From: an uncultured bacterium
GTDB lineage: Bacteria > Actinomycetota > Acidimicrobiia > Spongiisociales > UBA5794
Reading direction: 5' to 3'
Assembly (NCBI GenBank): GCA_963801165.1
Contig: CAWDDT010000003.1
Location: 64,001-128,000 of the forward strand
DNA: 64,000 nt
Shown: piece by piece, positions 1 to 9,487 of the stretch
Layout: every line of letters starts with the position of its first letter
How positions within the stretch are numbered: position 1 is the stretch's first letter
The notes under the pieces: model-generated
What the model saw: the letters and a program-made list of their open reading frames with translations, nothing else
The model's database searches: none
Told to the model about the DNA's origin: nothing
Program-made: the position numbers and the translations under genes

Positions 1-318
1 GCGTCGGTCATGGCGTCTGAGCCGTCTAGCGACCGCGACGTGGGGAATCGAATGTCAAGCGCGGTGAGATCAGTAATTCGCATCAGGGCTCCATTATCAC
101 ACGAGCGCACAGGGCGGTTGGAAAACCGAGGAAGCCTCCGGTCCGGCGGTCTCTGCGTCGCAGGCGCTCGGCCGAATTCCCGACGTTTTCGGGTGTCACA
201 CGATCGTTCGGCCGGAGACGGCCCGGTCGATCAGCACCTATTGGCGAGCCGCTCCCGCTCTCCGCAGACGACCTGCATGTGCCGGTCGAGAGGCAAGCGA
301 AGACCATCTGTGTCGGTC

Positions 319-1275
319 TCAACCAGCGCGTCGAACAACACCGCGACCCGCCCAGCTGAGGACGCGCAGCCCTCGCAGGGTGTTCCAGCGGCTTGGGAAG
401 CCTTCCGGGCCCTCCATCTCGAAATGCGTCGGGCCCTGGTGGATGTTCTCGAGCGGCCAGCGCCCATCTTCATCGCACCTGTCGGCGACCATGTCGACCG
501 CTTCGGCGCACCGGTCATCCGGCTCGGCGCCGGTCGCCCGCAGGTAATCGAGGGCGCGCAGAACGTCGTAGTACCAGTATGTCGGGAAGGAGAACATGGC
601 GAATCGCGGATCGACGACGTCGCCGGTCGACAGGCTTCGGTAGAGCCGGCGTTCGAGAAGGTATTCCTCGCCTTCGTGGCGCGCCCTGGTCACCTTCTCT
701 GAAGTTCCTCCTGCCCGCTCCCACCCGAGCAAGCCCTCGAGTACGCAGATCGTCGTGTGGAACGAGGAGACCTTCGCCCCGTACTCGGCCCAGCAGTTCC
801 AGCCCCCGTCGGGGAGCTGGTCGCTCAGGAGGCGGTCAACGATGCCGTCGAACACCTGGCCGAAATAGGCGCCGCCGGCCAATGCGATCCCGTTGATGCA
901 AGGCTCCGTTTCACCTTCGAAGTAGAGGGCGTCGTTTGCGTCCCACCTCACGTTGTCACGGACGAGAGCAACAGCGCGGTGTGCCTCGGGGCTGGTGGGG
1001 TCGAGCCCGAACTCACGCAACTGCTGGAGCGCGAAATGTGTTGCCGTCCACGCATCGAAGAACGGCTTGGACTCATCGACCCAGCCCGGCCGGTAGGTGC
1101 CACCGTCCCATCGCCCATCGGCGTCCTGGAGCGCAAGAAGTTGTGCCCCCCAACCCGCGCCGGGGATCCGGGCGCGTTCGGTGGCCACCTCCCCGGGAGT
1201 GGAATCCGTGAGGTCGCGCAACACCTGCCAGCGGATCGCAGGGTCGGAGTCGAGAAGCCATTCGATGGTCGTCAT
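319..1275 (-). CDS. Squalene-cyclase/prenyltransferase-like (alpha-alpha toroid) protein of unknown function
   Basis: 318 aa; N-terminal WLLDSDPAIRWQ, QW-like repeats QDADGRW and QLPDGGWNC, C-terminal SRWNTLR; typical of an actinobacterial 'squalene cyclase'-annotated family. Confidence 0.7.
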   Translation of the reverse strand: MTTIEWLLDSDPAIRWQVLRDLTDSTPGEVATERARIPGAGWGAQLLALQDADGRWDGGTYRPGWVDESKPFFDAWTATHFALQQLREFGLDPTSPEAHRAVALVRDNVRWDANDALYFEGETEPCINGIALAGGAYFGQVFDGIVDRLLSDQLPDGGWNCWAEYGAKVSSFHTTICVLEGLLGWERAGGTSEKVTRARHEGEEYLLERRLYRSLSTGDVVDPRFAMFSFPTYWYYDVLRALDYLRATGAEPDDRCAEAVDMVADRCDEDGRWPLENIHQGPTHFEMEGPEGFPSRWNTLRGLRVLSWAGRGVVRRAG

Positions 1276-1499
1276 GGCAGGGGAGACTACCTGGCGACCG
1301 GGACGGTCAGCCTGTCACAGGAGACGACTACGGCGTTCATGCCGGTCGCCTTCGTCGTGGTCCTGGCGGCCACCCCCGTTGTGACCCGGCCGGAGCTGCA
1401 GCCTAGGGTGCCTGAGGCATCGATTTCCTCGAGGCCCCTGTCATCGAACACCGCGGAATATCGGGGACTAGCGTTGCGGTGCCAAGGAGAGGAGGACGG

Positions 1500-1925
1500 G
1501 TGAGCTTCGACACATTGGGGGACGTCAACTGGCTGGCGATCATCGTCGCCGGGGTCTTGTGGTACGCACTCGGCGCCGGTTGGTACAACCGGGCTGGTTT
1601 CGGTAAACCGTGGATGCGCTCGATCGGCTGGGATCCAGAGGCGGCGCCGCCGGCGATGACGGCGCTGTCCTACGTTGGGCCGCTGGCTGCGTATCTGGTC
1701 GGGTCGACTGCCATCGCGATGATCGCCGTCGCTACCGGTTCCGACACGTTTGCTGAGGGCATCGTCCTTGGTCTCGTCATCGGCGTCGGGATCTCGAGCG
1801 TCCTGTTCTATGTGACCGCGGTGTTCGATCCGACGAGGAAGGAGCAGATGACCTGGTTCGGCATAACCGCCGGCTATCACCTCATCGGGATTCTCGTCGC
1901 GTCGATCCTGGTGTCCGTCTGGTAG
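1500..1925 (+). CDS. DUF1761-family small membrane protein
   Basis: GTG at 1500 after GGAGG; VNWLAIIVA...LGAGWY...FGKPW and C-terminal ITAGYHL; 4 hydrophobic segments. Confidence 0.8.
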   Translation: MSFDTLGDVNWLAIIVAGVLWYALGAGWYNRAGFGKPWMRSIGWDPEAAPPAMTALSYVGPLAAYLVGSTAIAMIAVATGSDTFAEGIVLGLVIGVGISSVLFYVTAVFDPTRKEQMTWFGITAGYHLIGILVASILVSVW

Positions 1926-1964
1926 CCGACCGCAACGCCAGGTCGCGCCGCTAGCCTTGCGTCC

Positions 1965-2792
1965 ATGCCGCGCCCCTTCAAGCAGGTCGATGTATTCACG
2001 GACGAGCCGTTTCGAGGAAACCCGGTGGCCGTGGTGGTCGACGGGTCCGGTCTCGACACCGACGAGATGCGTCGCTTCGCCCACTGGACCAACCTGTCCG
2101 AGACGACTTTCTTGCTACCGCCCGAGAATCCGGGTGCCGATTACCGGGTGCGGATCTTCACGCCGGTCTCCGAGCTTCCTTTCGCCGGCCATCCGACGAT
2201 TGGCTCTTGTCACGCCTGGCTGGAGTCTGGAGGTAGACCCCGTACGAGCGATGTTGTGGTTCAGGAGTGTGGGGTGGGGCTGATTCAGCTCAGACATGAG
2301 CACGGTCGGCTCGGTTTCCAGGCGCCACCGTTGCTACGAAGCGGTCCAGTGGATCGCACCACGATGGACGTAGCGATCAAGTCGCTCGGGCTGGAGGAGG
2401 ACGAGGTTGTGGATGCGGCATGGCTGGACAACGGTCCGGGATGGGTCGGTATCCGGATCGCGGAGCCGAGTCGTGTGCTGGCGATCGAGCCCGGGTATGC
2501 GTCGCTCGACATCGGGGTCGTTGCCCCATACCCGGCCGGCTCGCCGGCGCAGTTCGAGGTCAGGGCGTTCTTCCCGGTTGGGAGCTCGATGCGTGAGGAC
2601 CCCGTCACCGGCAGTCTCAACGCCTCGCTGGCACAATGGATGCTGGCGACGGGTGTGGCCACGGCTCCCTACGTCGCAGCTCAGGGCACGGCTCTTGGTC
2701 GCCGGGGCCGCGTCTACATCGATCAGGTCGATGAAGCTGTCTGGGTCGGTGGTGACGCGGTCACCTGCATCGAAGGAACCGTCAACATCTGA
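1965..2792 (+). CDS. PhzF-family (diaminopimelate epimerase-like) isomerase
   Basis: QVDVFT..FRGNPVAVV, NLSETTF, ELPFAGHPTIG, EDPVTGS motifs. Confidence 0.92.
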   Translation: MPRPFKQVDVFTDEPFRGNPVAVVVDGSGLDTDEMRRFAHWTNLSETTFLLPPENPGADYRVRIFTPVSELPFAGHPTIGSCHAWLESGGRPRTSDVVVQECGVGLIQLRHEHGRLGFQAPPLLRSGPVDRTTMDVAIKSLGLEEDEVVDAAWLDNGPGWVGIRIAEPSRVLAIEPGYASLDIGVVAPYPAGSPAQFEVRAFFPVGSSMREDPVTGSLNASLAQWMLATGVATAPYVAAQGTALGRRGRVYIDQVDEAVWVGGDAVTCIEGTVNI

Positions 2793-2921
2793 ATCGCACC
2801 GGCAGGACAGCACGCACGATCAAGACGTCTCCGCGAGAAACCCTTACCCTGCCGGCTCGGGCCGCAGGGCTCGCTCCATCGTCGTTGGGCGCAGCCCACT
2901 TGCTGCATAGGAGGGAGATTT

Positions 2922-4178
2922 GTGACGGGCATCGAGAACAAGATCATCACGCGGCGGGTGCTGCTATCGGCGGTCGGGACGAGGGGCGACGTGCAGCCTG
3001 TGCTCGCGCTGGCGCTCGAGATCCGCAGGCTCGGACATGATGTGAGATTGTGCATCCCACCCAACTTCGTGGGTCGGGCCGAGGAGATGGGGTTCGAGGC
3101 GGTTCCCGTAGGTGTCGAGATGCGAGTGCCGGCAGCACAAGCGAGCTCGGCACAGTCAGCGTTGACCACCGAACAGTTGCAGCGTCTGCGGGAATCGATG
3201 CCGGATCTGATCACAGACCAGTTCGACTCGATTCAACCCGCTGTGGAGGAGTGCGATGTGATCATTGGTGCCAACGCCCACCAGTACGCGGCGCCATCTA
3301 TCGCTGAGCTGAAGGGAATCCCTTACGTCAGTGCCGTCTACGCACCTGTGGCCCTTCCATCGCCCGACCACGCCCCACCGCCTGCGCCTGGCACGGTTTG
3401 GGAGCCGGGACCGCCTGACGACGGCGCCCGGCTCTGGAGAGAGCACGCCCGCGTCTGGAACGAGAGGTCGCTGGAGCGAATAAACGTCAATCGATCACAG
3501 CGAGGCCTAGAGCCGATTGACGACGTCTACGCACACGTCCTGGGCAAGCGCCCGTGGCTCGCCGCAGATCCCTACCTTGCACCGATGCCTTCGACGCCGG
3601 GGTTGCAGGTCACCCAGACCGGCGACTGGGTCCTCGAGGACACGAGCCCGCTCGACCCGCAACTGACGGCATTCCTCGACGAAGGTGAGCCACCGATCTA
3701 CGCCGGATTCGGCAGCATGCCCGCCCAGCCCGAAATAGTGGGCGCGGTCCTCGATGGTGCGCGGTCCGCGGGCCGTCGCATAGTGCTCGGCCGGGGTTGG
3801 GCCAACTTCGATCCCATGGCGGGTGTGCCCGACTGCCTCGAGATCGAGGCCGTCAACCATCGGAGGCTGTTCGGTCGGGTTGCTGCCGTCGTTCACCACG
3901 GCGGCGCGGGAACGACCGCAGCAGCTATGAGAGCCGGCGTGCCGCAGGTAGTTGTCCCGATGTTCAGCGATCAGTTCTACTGGGCAGAACGGGTCCGCCG
4001 GTTGGGTACCGGCGCCGGGGTACCGGCCAAGCAGGCGACAGCCGATGCAATCGCGGTAGCCATCCGTGACGTGCTCGAGCCCGTTGTGCTAGATCAAGCG
4101 CAGATCGTCGCAGGTCACGTCGTATCGGACGGGGCGAAAGTGGCCGCGGGACTACTCGTAGCGGAGGTCGCAGGCTGA
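2922..4178 (+). CDS. GT1-family (GT-B) small-molecule glycosyltransferase, Gtf/Rgt-like
   Basis: VLLSAVGTRGDVQPVLALA, GFGSM, HHGGAGTT, PMFSDQFYWA. Confidence 0.9.
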   Translation: MTGIENKIITRRVLLSAVGTRGDVQPVLALALEIRRLGHDVRLCIPPNFVGRAEEMGFEAVPVGVEMRVPAAQASSAQSALTTEQLQRLRESMPDLITDQFDSIQPAVEECDVIIGANAHQYAAPSIAELKGIPYVSAVYAPVALPSPDHAPPPAPGTVWEPGPPDDGARLWREHARVWNERSLERINVNRSQRGLEPIDDVYAHVLGKRPWLAADPYLAPMPSTPGLQVTQTGDWVLEDTSPLDPQLTAFLDEGEPPIYAGFGSMPAQPEIVGAVLDGARSAGRRIVLGRGWANFDPMAGVPDCLEIEAVNHRRLFGRVAAVVHHGGAGTTAAAMRAGVPQVVVPMFSDQFYWAERVRRLGTGAGVPAKQATADAIAVAIRDVLEPVVLDQAQIVAGHVVSDGAKVAAGLLVAEVAG

Positions 4179-4249
4179 CACCTGCCCGCGTCGCTTCGAG
4201 AGCCGATCCGCACCACGCTGGCCGGGACGGATGTACGCTTTGCGAGCTT

Positions 4250-5146
4250 ATGTCATCTCCCGACACGTTGACATCGCAAGAGGAACGCTTCTTGGCGGAC
4301 TCCCACGAGCACCTGCGTGCGATTGCCTACATCGAGCGACATCTGTTCGAGCCGCTCGATATTGCTTCCATTGCCGCCGCGGTGGGGTATTCCGCATCGC
4401 AGTTCTCGCGCAGGTTCACAAGGATTCAAGGCGAGACGGCAATGGCTTACGTTCGCGGCCGTCGGCTCGAAGTGGCCGCTCGCCGCATTATCGATGATCC
4501 AGCCGCTCGTCTCATCGAGATTGCGATCGAATGCGGATTCAAGTCGCAGGAGGCGTTCACAAGAGCGTTCACACGTGCGTTTGGCTCGACGCCGGGCAGG
4601 TTGCAGCGGTCTCGTGCGACGACACTTCCGCGTCGCAACCGGGTGGCCGTGGGCGTAGTGCCCACCCTCACCGAGCGTGTCGAAAGCCGTCCCGACATTG
4701 TCCTGGTCGGGTTGCGACGCCTGTTTGGTCCTGCCAACTACGCGGAGATGTCGGCGCTCTGGGAGCAGCTCGTCGAGTTCCGGCAGAAGCATGGTCAAAC
4801 GCGGAGGTCGGAGAGTTACGGCGTGGTCGTCGCGGAGGATGATGACGGCACCATCGAGTTTCTCGCGGCGACCGAGCTGCCCGACGCCGTCGAGCCCGGC
4901 CCTCCGTTCGAATCGCTCGTTTTGCCCGGTGGCGACTTCCGGGTCTTTCGTCACGTGCTCCGCGATGGGCACTTGCTAGCCGAGATGAATGCTGCCGCCG
5001 ATGCCATCGCGGCCCGGTTGGTCTCGAGCGGTCACCGCGTTCCGGCGGGAAGGATCGCATTCAAGCGATACCCCGAGCACTTCGGTCTGAGGAACCGGTA
5101 CATCGATCACTACTTTCCCGTCACATCGGCACGCAGCGGCATGTAA
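4250..5146 (+). CDS. AraC-family regulator with C-terminal GyrI-like effector domain
   Basis: N-terminal double HTH (IAAAVGYSASQFSRRF...IAIECGFKSQEAFTRAF); C-terminal GyrI-like region (LVGLR...LPGGDFRVFRH). Confidence 0.85.
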   Translation: MSSPDTLTSQEERFLADSHEHLRAIAYIERHLFEPLDIASIAAAVGYSASQFSRRFTRIQGETAMAYVRGRRLEVAARRIIDDPAARLIEIAIECGFKSQEAFTRAFTRAFGSTPGRLQRSRATTLPRRNRVAVGVVPTLTERVESRPDIVLVGLRRLFGPANYAEMSALWEQLVEFRQKHGQTRRSESYGVVVAEDDDGTIEFLAATELPDAVEPGPPFESLVLPGGDFRVFRHVLRDGHLLAEMNAAADAIAARLVSSGHRVPAGRIAFKRYPEHFGLRNRYIDHYFPVTSARSGM

Positions 5147-5249
5147 CCAGCGTGATCGCTGGTGCTCATGGTGCGAACAGCTGTGCGTGGCGCCGGCCGT
5201 CCCGGGACGGTGAACGGACAGGACAGGCAGGCTTGGATCGTCTTATCCT

Positions 5250-6611
5250 GTGGCCATGGAGCAGACGCGACCTGTTGACGAGGTAGTTTCCGAGCTGCGC
5301 GAGATCGCTTCCCGGGACGGTGCGTGGGGGTACGGCCATGCCTTCACCTATGTCTTCGACGGGCCCGATCTCGGTCCGCTCACCAGCGAGGCCATGCGAT
5401 TATTCGCCGGGTCGAACGGGCTCGACCCGACCGCCTTCCCCAGCTTCTTGAAGTTCGAGAACGATCTGGTGGCGTTTGGGCGGTCGATTCTGCACGGTGG
5501 CGAAGCCGTGGTCGGGTCGGTGACCTCGGGTGGTACCGAATCGATCCTGCTCGCCGCCAAGGCCGCCCGGGACGCCGCCCGGGCCCGGGGCGCCGCCGGC
5601 AAGTTGAACATGGTCGTTCCCATCACGGCACACGCCGCCTTTCACAAGGCCGCCGCATACCTCGACCTCGAGATCCGGACTACCGCCGTCGACGGCGGTT
5701 TCCGAGCGGTGCCCGATGCGCTCGCACAGGCCATCGACGAGGCCACCGTCCTTGTGGCTGCTTCGGCACCGTCGTATGCACACGGCGTTGTCGATCCGGT
5801 TGCGACCATAGGCGGTATCGCCGGGGACGCCGGCTGCTGGTTCCACGTCGACGCGTGTGTCGGCGGGATGGTGCTGCCGTTCCTCGCGGATGCCCCCGAG
5901 TTCGATTTTGCGGTTGACACCGTTGATTCGATCTCGGCAGATCTCCACAAGTACGGGTACACCCCGAAGGGTGCCTCGCTCGTCCTCTACCGAACGGCTG
6001 ACCTGAGGTCACACCAATTTTTTGCGACCGCATCATGGACCGGCTATCCCGTCGCCAACGCCACGGTCCAGTCCACGAGGTCGGGTGCGCCGCTTGCAGC
6101 CGCCTGGGCGGCCGTGCAACACCTCGGCGTCGCCGGCTATCGCGACCTGGCGAATGACGCCTGGCAGGCGACCGCATATTTGCTCGATGCGGTCCGAGCC
6201 AGCGATGTGGTCGATCTGGTGGCGGAGCCGGATGCCCCGCTGTTTGCGGTGACGTCGGCAGATGTGTTTAACCACGCAGCCGGGATGAAGGAGCGGGGGT
6301 GGATGATCGGGGTTACTCCGTCGTTTGGCCCTTCGCCGGCGCATATGCATTTCACGATCACCGCAGCCCATCTGCCGCTGGCTGAGGAACTGGCCGGAGA
6401 TCTCATCGCAACCGCATCCCGGGACGCGGCAGGCCCGTCCCCGCTGGCGGGCATGGATCTCAGTGCGGTCGATCCGGCAATGATCGGCACGCTCCTCGAC
6501 TCGCTCGACCTCGACAAGGACCGGGCGCTGATCGACGCGGCGATCGACTCGCTCGAACCTGAGGCGAGAGCTGCGGCCATTTCCGCCTTCCTCCAGTTCC
6601 TGTACCGATGA
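5250..6611 (+). CDS. Group II PLP-dependent decarboxylase / sphingosine-1-phosphate lyase-like protein
   Basis: TSGGTESILLA, AHAAFHKAA, HVDACVGG, SADLHKYGY (PLP lysine). Confidence 0.88.
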   Translation: MAMEQTRPVDEVVSELREIASRDGAWGYGHAFTYVFDGPDLGPLTSEAMRLFAGSNGLDPTAFPSFLKFENDLVAFGRSILHGGEAVVGSVTSGGTESILLAAKAARDAARARGAAGKLNMVVPITAHAAFHKAAAYLDLEIRTTAVDGGFRAVPDALAQAIDEATVLVAASAPSYAHGVVDPVATIGGIAGDAGCWFHVDACVGGMVLPFLADAPEFDFAVDTVDSISADLHKYGYTPKGASLVLYRTADLRSHQFFATASWTGYPVANATVQSTRSGAPLAAAWAAVQHLGVAGYRDLANDAWQATAYLLDAVRASDVVDLVAEPDAPLFAVTSADVFNHAAGMKERGWMIGVTPSFGPSPAHMHFTITAAHLPLAEELAGDLIATASRDAAGPSPLAGMDLSAVDPAMIGTLLDSLDLDKDRALIDAAIDSLEPEARAAAISAFLQFLYR

Positions 6612-7831
6612 CCATTGCGCTCATCGGGACGGCACTGCTCCTCCTCGTCGGCTGGCTGCTGCGCCGCGCCCTGCCGACCCGGGGAGTGCTGCTGGCCGTC
6701 GTGCCTGCGGCGATCCTCGGTGGTCTGGTCGCTGTTGCGATAAGGGCGGTCGGCTGGCTTCCCGCCTCGCCAGTGAGATGGCAGGACACCGCGTATCACC
6801 TCTTCGGCATCTCATTCCTGGCCATCGGTCTGACACCTTCCGGTGAGACGAGGGTTCGCAAGGGAGCTATCTGGATGGGAGTCGGGCAATGGGCGACATT
6901 CTCACTCCAGGCGGCTGCCGGCGGGCTGGCGGTACTCGCCTTCAGCTCGCTTCACGCCGGCTTTGGGTTCCTGGCGCCGATGGGCCTCAACGAAGGCCCG
7001 GGACAGGCGGTGTCGATCGGGCGCCTGTGGGAATCCGACTACGGGTTCGCCAACGCAACTTCCATCGGCGCCACGATCGCGTCGGTCGGCTTCCTCATCG
7101 CCTATCTCGGTGGTCTGTTGGTTGTGCGCCGGCGGCGGCCGGCGGGGGACGGGCTGGTCACCAGGTGGTACGGCCTAACCCGTGCCACGGTCCTGCTGGG
7201 CCTCATTGTCGTTGCCAGCTATGCGGCCATATACCAACTCGTGTTCCATGGTCTCGGTGCGGTCGACAAGGATCTCCGCGACCTGGTTCTCGGTGTCTTG
7301 TTCTTCTTCTGTCTGCTGATCGGGATGGCCGCTCGCCGGGTGCTCACCGCCCGGGGCGTCGTCATCAATGGCGCCGAGACCCGCCGGGTGACCCTCATCG
7401 GCGTCGATGCGTTGACGGTTGCCATCCTCGGCTCGCTCACCTGGGAGGCGGTCAGCAGTGTCGTCTGGCCGATGATCGCGGTGATCGCCACCGCTGTAGT
7501 CGCGACCGTTGCTGTCTTGCTGATCGCCAGGCGGTGGCTCTCGCAGTGGAGGCTGGAACGTACTCTGGCGTTGTTCGGTACCGTCACAGGGACGGCGGCC
7601 TCAGGCCTCGCCTTGCTCGCTCTCGTCGATCCCGACCTCGAGTCGCCGGTCGCTGTCGAGCTTGGTGCCATGGTGGTCGTTTCGGCACCTGTCGTGCTCG
7701 GTGGTATCGCCGTGGCGACGGCGGCCGCCTCCGGTGCGCTCTCTGCGGCCGTGGCGACGGCCACTTTCATTGCGATCGGAGTCCTGTCGCTCGGTGTGCT
7801 GGCGGTGGTGGTGCCACGCGTCTCCGAGTGA
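6608..7831 (+). CDS. GltS-like (sodium/glutamate symporter family) membrane transporter
   Basis: Many TM segments; VPAAILGGL, GLNEGPGQA, FGTVTGTAASGLALL..VDP motifs; ATGA overlap with the upstream gene. Confidence 0.7.
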   Translation: MTIALIGTALLLLVGWLLRRALPTRGVLLAVVPAAILGGLVAVAIRAVGWLPASPVRWQDTAYHLFGISFLAIGLTPSGETRVRKGAIWMGVGQWATFSLQAAAGGLAVLAFSSLHAGFGFLAPMGLNEGPGQAVSIGRLWESDYGFANATSIGATIASVGFLIAYLGGLLVVRRRRPAGDGLVTRWYGLTRATVLLGLIVVASYAAIYQLVFHGLGAVDKDLRDLVLGVLFFFCLLIGMAARRVLTARGVVINGAETRRVTLIGVDALTVAILGSLTWEAVSSVVWPMIAVIATAVVATVAVLLIARRWLSQWRLERTLALFGTVTGTAASGLALLALVDPDLESPVAVELGAMVVVSAPVVLGGIAVATAAASGALSAAVATATFIAIGVLSLGVLAVVVPRVSE

Positions 7832-7849
7832 GAACGCCAATTAGGCTCG

Positions 7850-7879
7850 TTGACAGGCAAGTGAACACTTGCCTATTGT
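7850..7879 (+). promoter_or_regulatory. sigma70-type promoter overlapped by a perfect palindrome (probable ArsR autoregulatory operator)
   Basis: TTGACA (7850-7855), 18 nt spacer, TATTGT (7874-7879); AGGCAAGTG-aa-CACTTGCCT at 7855-7874; ATG at 7883 implies a leaderless mRNA. Confidence 0.75.
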
Positions 7880-7882
7880 GAC

Positions 7883-8176
7883 ATGGTGAACGATGCAGTG
7901 TTCCACGCACTATCGGCCAGGGCCCGGCGGGCGTTGCTGGACGAGTTGGCGGATCGGGATGGACAGACGCTGTTCGAGCTGTGTGCCCGCCTGACCATGG
8001 GACATGGGCTCGCTCTGTCGAGGCAGGCAATCTCACAGCACCTCGATGTTCTCGAGGCCGCCGGGCTGGTGTCATCGCGGCGGGAGGGCAGATACAAGTA
8101 CCACTTCATCGATACAACGCCGATCCGCGCCATTGCAGAACGCTGGCCGGTACCGGAGCGAAAGGATGAGAATTGA
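7883..8176 (+). CDS. ArsR/SmtB-family transcriptional regulator
   Basis: VFHALS..RRALLDEL, SRQAISQHLDVLEAAGLV..RREGRYKYH. Confidence 0.9.
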   Translation: MVNDAVFHALSARARRALLDELADRDGQTLFELCARLTMGHGLALSRQAISQHLDVLEAAGLVSSRREGRYKYHFIDTTPIRAIAERWPVPERKDEN

Positions 8177-8592
8177 GGATCTACATAACGAGCGTGTTTG
8201 TCGACGACCAGGCGAAAGCGCTCGACTTCTACACCAACAAGCTCGGCTTCGAGAAGAATTTCGACGTCCCGGTTGGGGCGGACCGGTGGCTGACGGTAGT
8301 CAGCGGGGAGGACCCGGATGGTCCGCAGCTGCTCCTGGAGCCATCCAACCATCCGGCGGTCAAGCCGTACCGGGACGCATTGATGACCGACGGGATACCC
8401 GTGACCTCGTTTGCCGTTGCCAACGTGAATGCCGAGTACGAGCGGCTCGTCGCCCTAGGAGTGAATTTCACCCAGCGGCCGCTCGAGATGGGCGGAACCA
8501 CGACGGCCGTTTTCGACGACACCTGCGGCAACCTGGTCCAGCTGGCCGCGCTGAACCAGAGCGAATCTGTCGACACGGAATCCCCGGGGTGA
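8173..8592 (+). CDS. VOC/glyoxalase/bleomycin-resistance family protein
   Basis: SVFVDDQAKALDFYT..LGF, FDDTCGNLVQL; overlaps the ArsR stop. Confidence 0.9.
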   Translation: MRIYITSVFVDDQAKALDFYTNKLGFEKNFDVPVGADRWLTVVSGEDPDGPQLLLEPSNHPAVKPYRDALMTDGIPVTSFAVANVNAEYERLVALGVNFTQRPLEMGGTTTAVFDDTCGNLVQLAALNQSESVDTESPG

Positions 8593-8672
8593 GATCATCA
8601 GGGATTCAGATTGTCGGGGTCGTTCTCACTTTGCGGACGGCATATGACCGGAACCGCGGGTAGGTTTCCCCG

Positions 8673-9470
8673 ATGGATGATTTCGTCGAAGCCGACCTTC
8701 GCGGCGTTGGATTTGAGAGCACCCGCCTCAACGACGCCAATTTCGAGCACGTGGATCTGACCGGGGCGACGTTCCGTTCCTGCGACCTCAGTTCCGTCAC
8801 GTTCCGTGGCGTCGACATGCGTGACGTTCGCATTAGCGGTGCGGAGATGGTGAATGTCGAGATCGACGCTGAGCTGGTCAACGTCGTGGTCAACGGTGTT
8901 GACATCGGTCCTCTCGTCGAGGCAGAGCTCGATCACCGTGACCCGGATCGGGCCAGGATGCGGCCAACCGATCCGGCAGGGTTCGAGGAGGCATGGGACA
9001 TAGTCGAGCAACGCTGGGAAGACACTGTCGGACGGGCCCGCCGGCTCGACCCCCTACTCCTCCATGAGTCGGTGAACGGGGAGTGGTCATTCATCGAGAC
9101 TCTCCGGCATCTCGTGTTCGCCACCGACGCCTGGATCCGGCGGGCCATCCTCGGTGACCCGGCACCGTGGGATCCTCTCGACCTGCCCTGGGATGGCATG
9201 CCCGACACCCCGGGGATACCTCGTGATCGCAGTGCCCGTCCTTCGCTCGACGATGTACTGGCCCTCCGTCGCGACCGGATGGATACCGTTCGTCACGTCA
9301 TCGAGGGGCTGACCGATGAGAGCCTCGACGAACAGACCACGCCGGTCGGTGGTCCCGGCTGGCCTCCACCACGGAGCTTCCCGGTGCGCGAATGCCTGTC
9401 GGTGATACTCAACGAGGAGTATCTGCACCGGTTGTTCGCCGAGCGTGACCTCGCTGTCCTGGAGGGCTAG
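8673..9470 (+). CDS. Pentapeptide-repeat + DinB-family domain protein
   Basis: N-terminal repeats (ADLRG, ANFEH, VDLTG, ATFRS, CDLSS, VDMRD); GEWSFIETLRHLVFATDAW and NEEYLHRLFAERDL DinB motifs. Confidence 0.85.
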   Translation: MDDFVEADLRGVGFESTRLNDANFEHVDLTGATFRSCDLSSVTFRGVDMRDVRISGAEMVNVEIDAELVNVVVNGVDIGPLVEAELDHRDPDRARMRPTDPAGFEEAWDIVEQRWEDTVGRARRLDPLLLHESVNGEWSFIETLRHLVFATDAWIRRAILGDPAPWDPLDLPWDGMPDTPGIPRDRSARPSLDDVLALRRDRMDTVRHVIEGLTDESLDEQTTPVGGPGWPPPRSFPVRECLSVILNEEYLHRLFAERDLAVLEG

Positions 9471-9487
9471 ACAACCTTGCGGAGACG

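Noticed and set aside
319-1275. True squalene-hopene cyclase or terpene cluster
   Set aside because: Only 318 aa, no DXDD motif, and no hopanoid genes nearby
2793-2921. Rifamycin-associated element upstream of the Rgt-like glycosyltransferase
   Set aside because: No match to the 19-bp RAE palindrome is visible, so rifamycin specificity is unsupported
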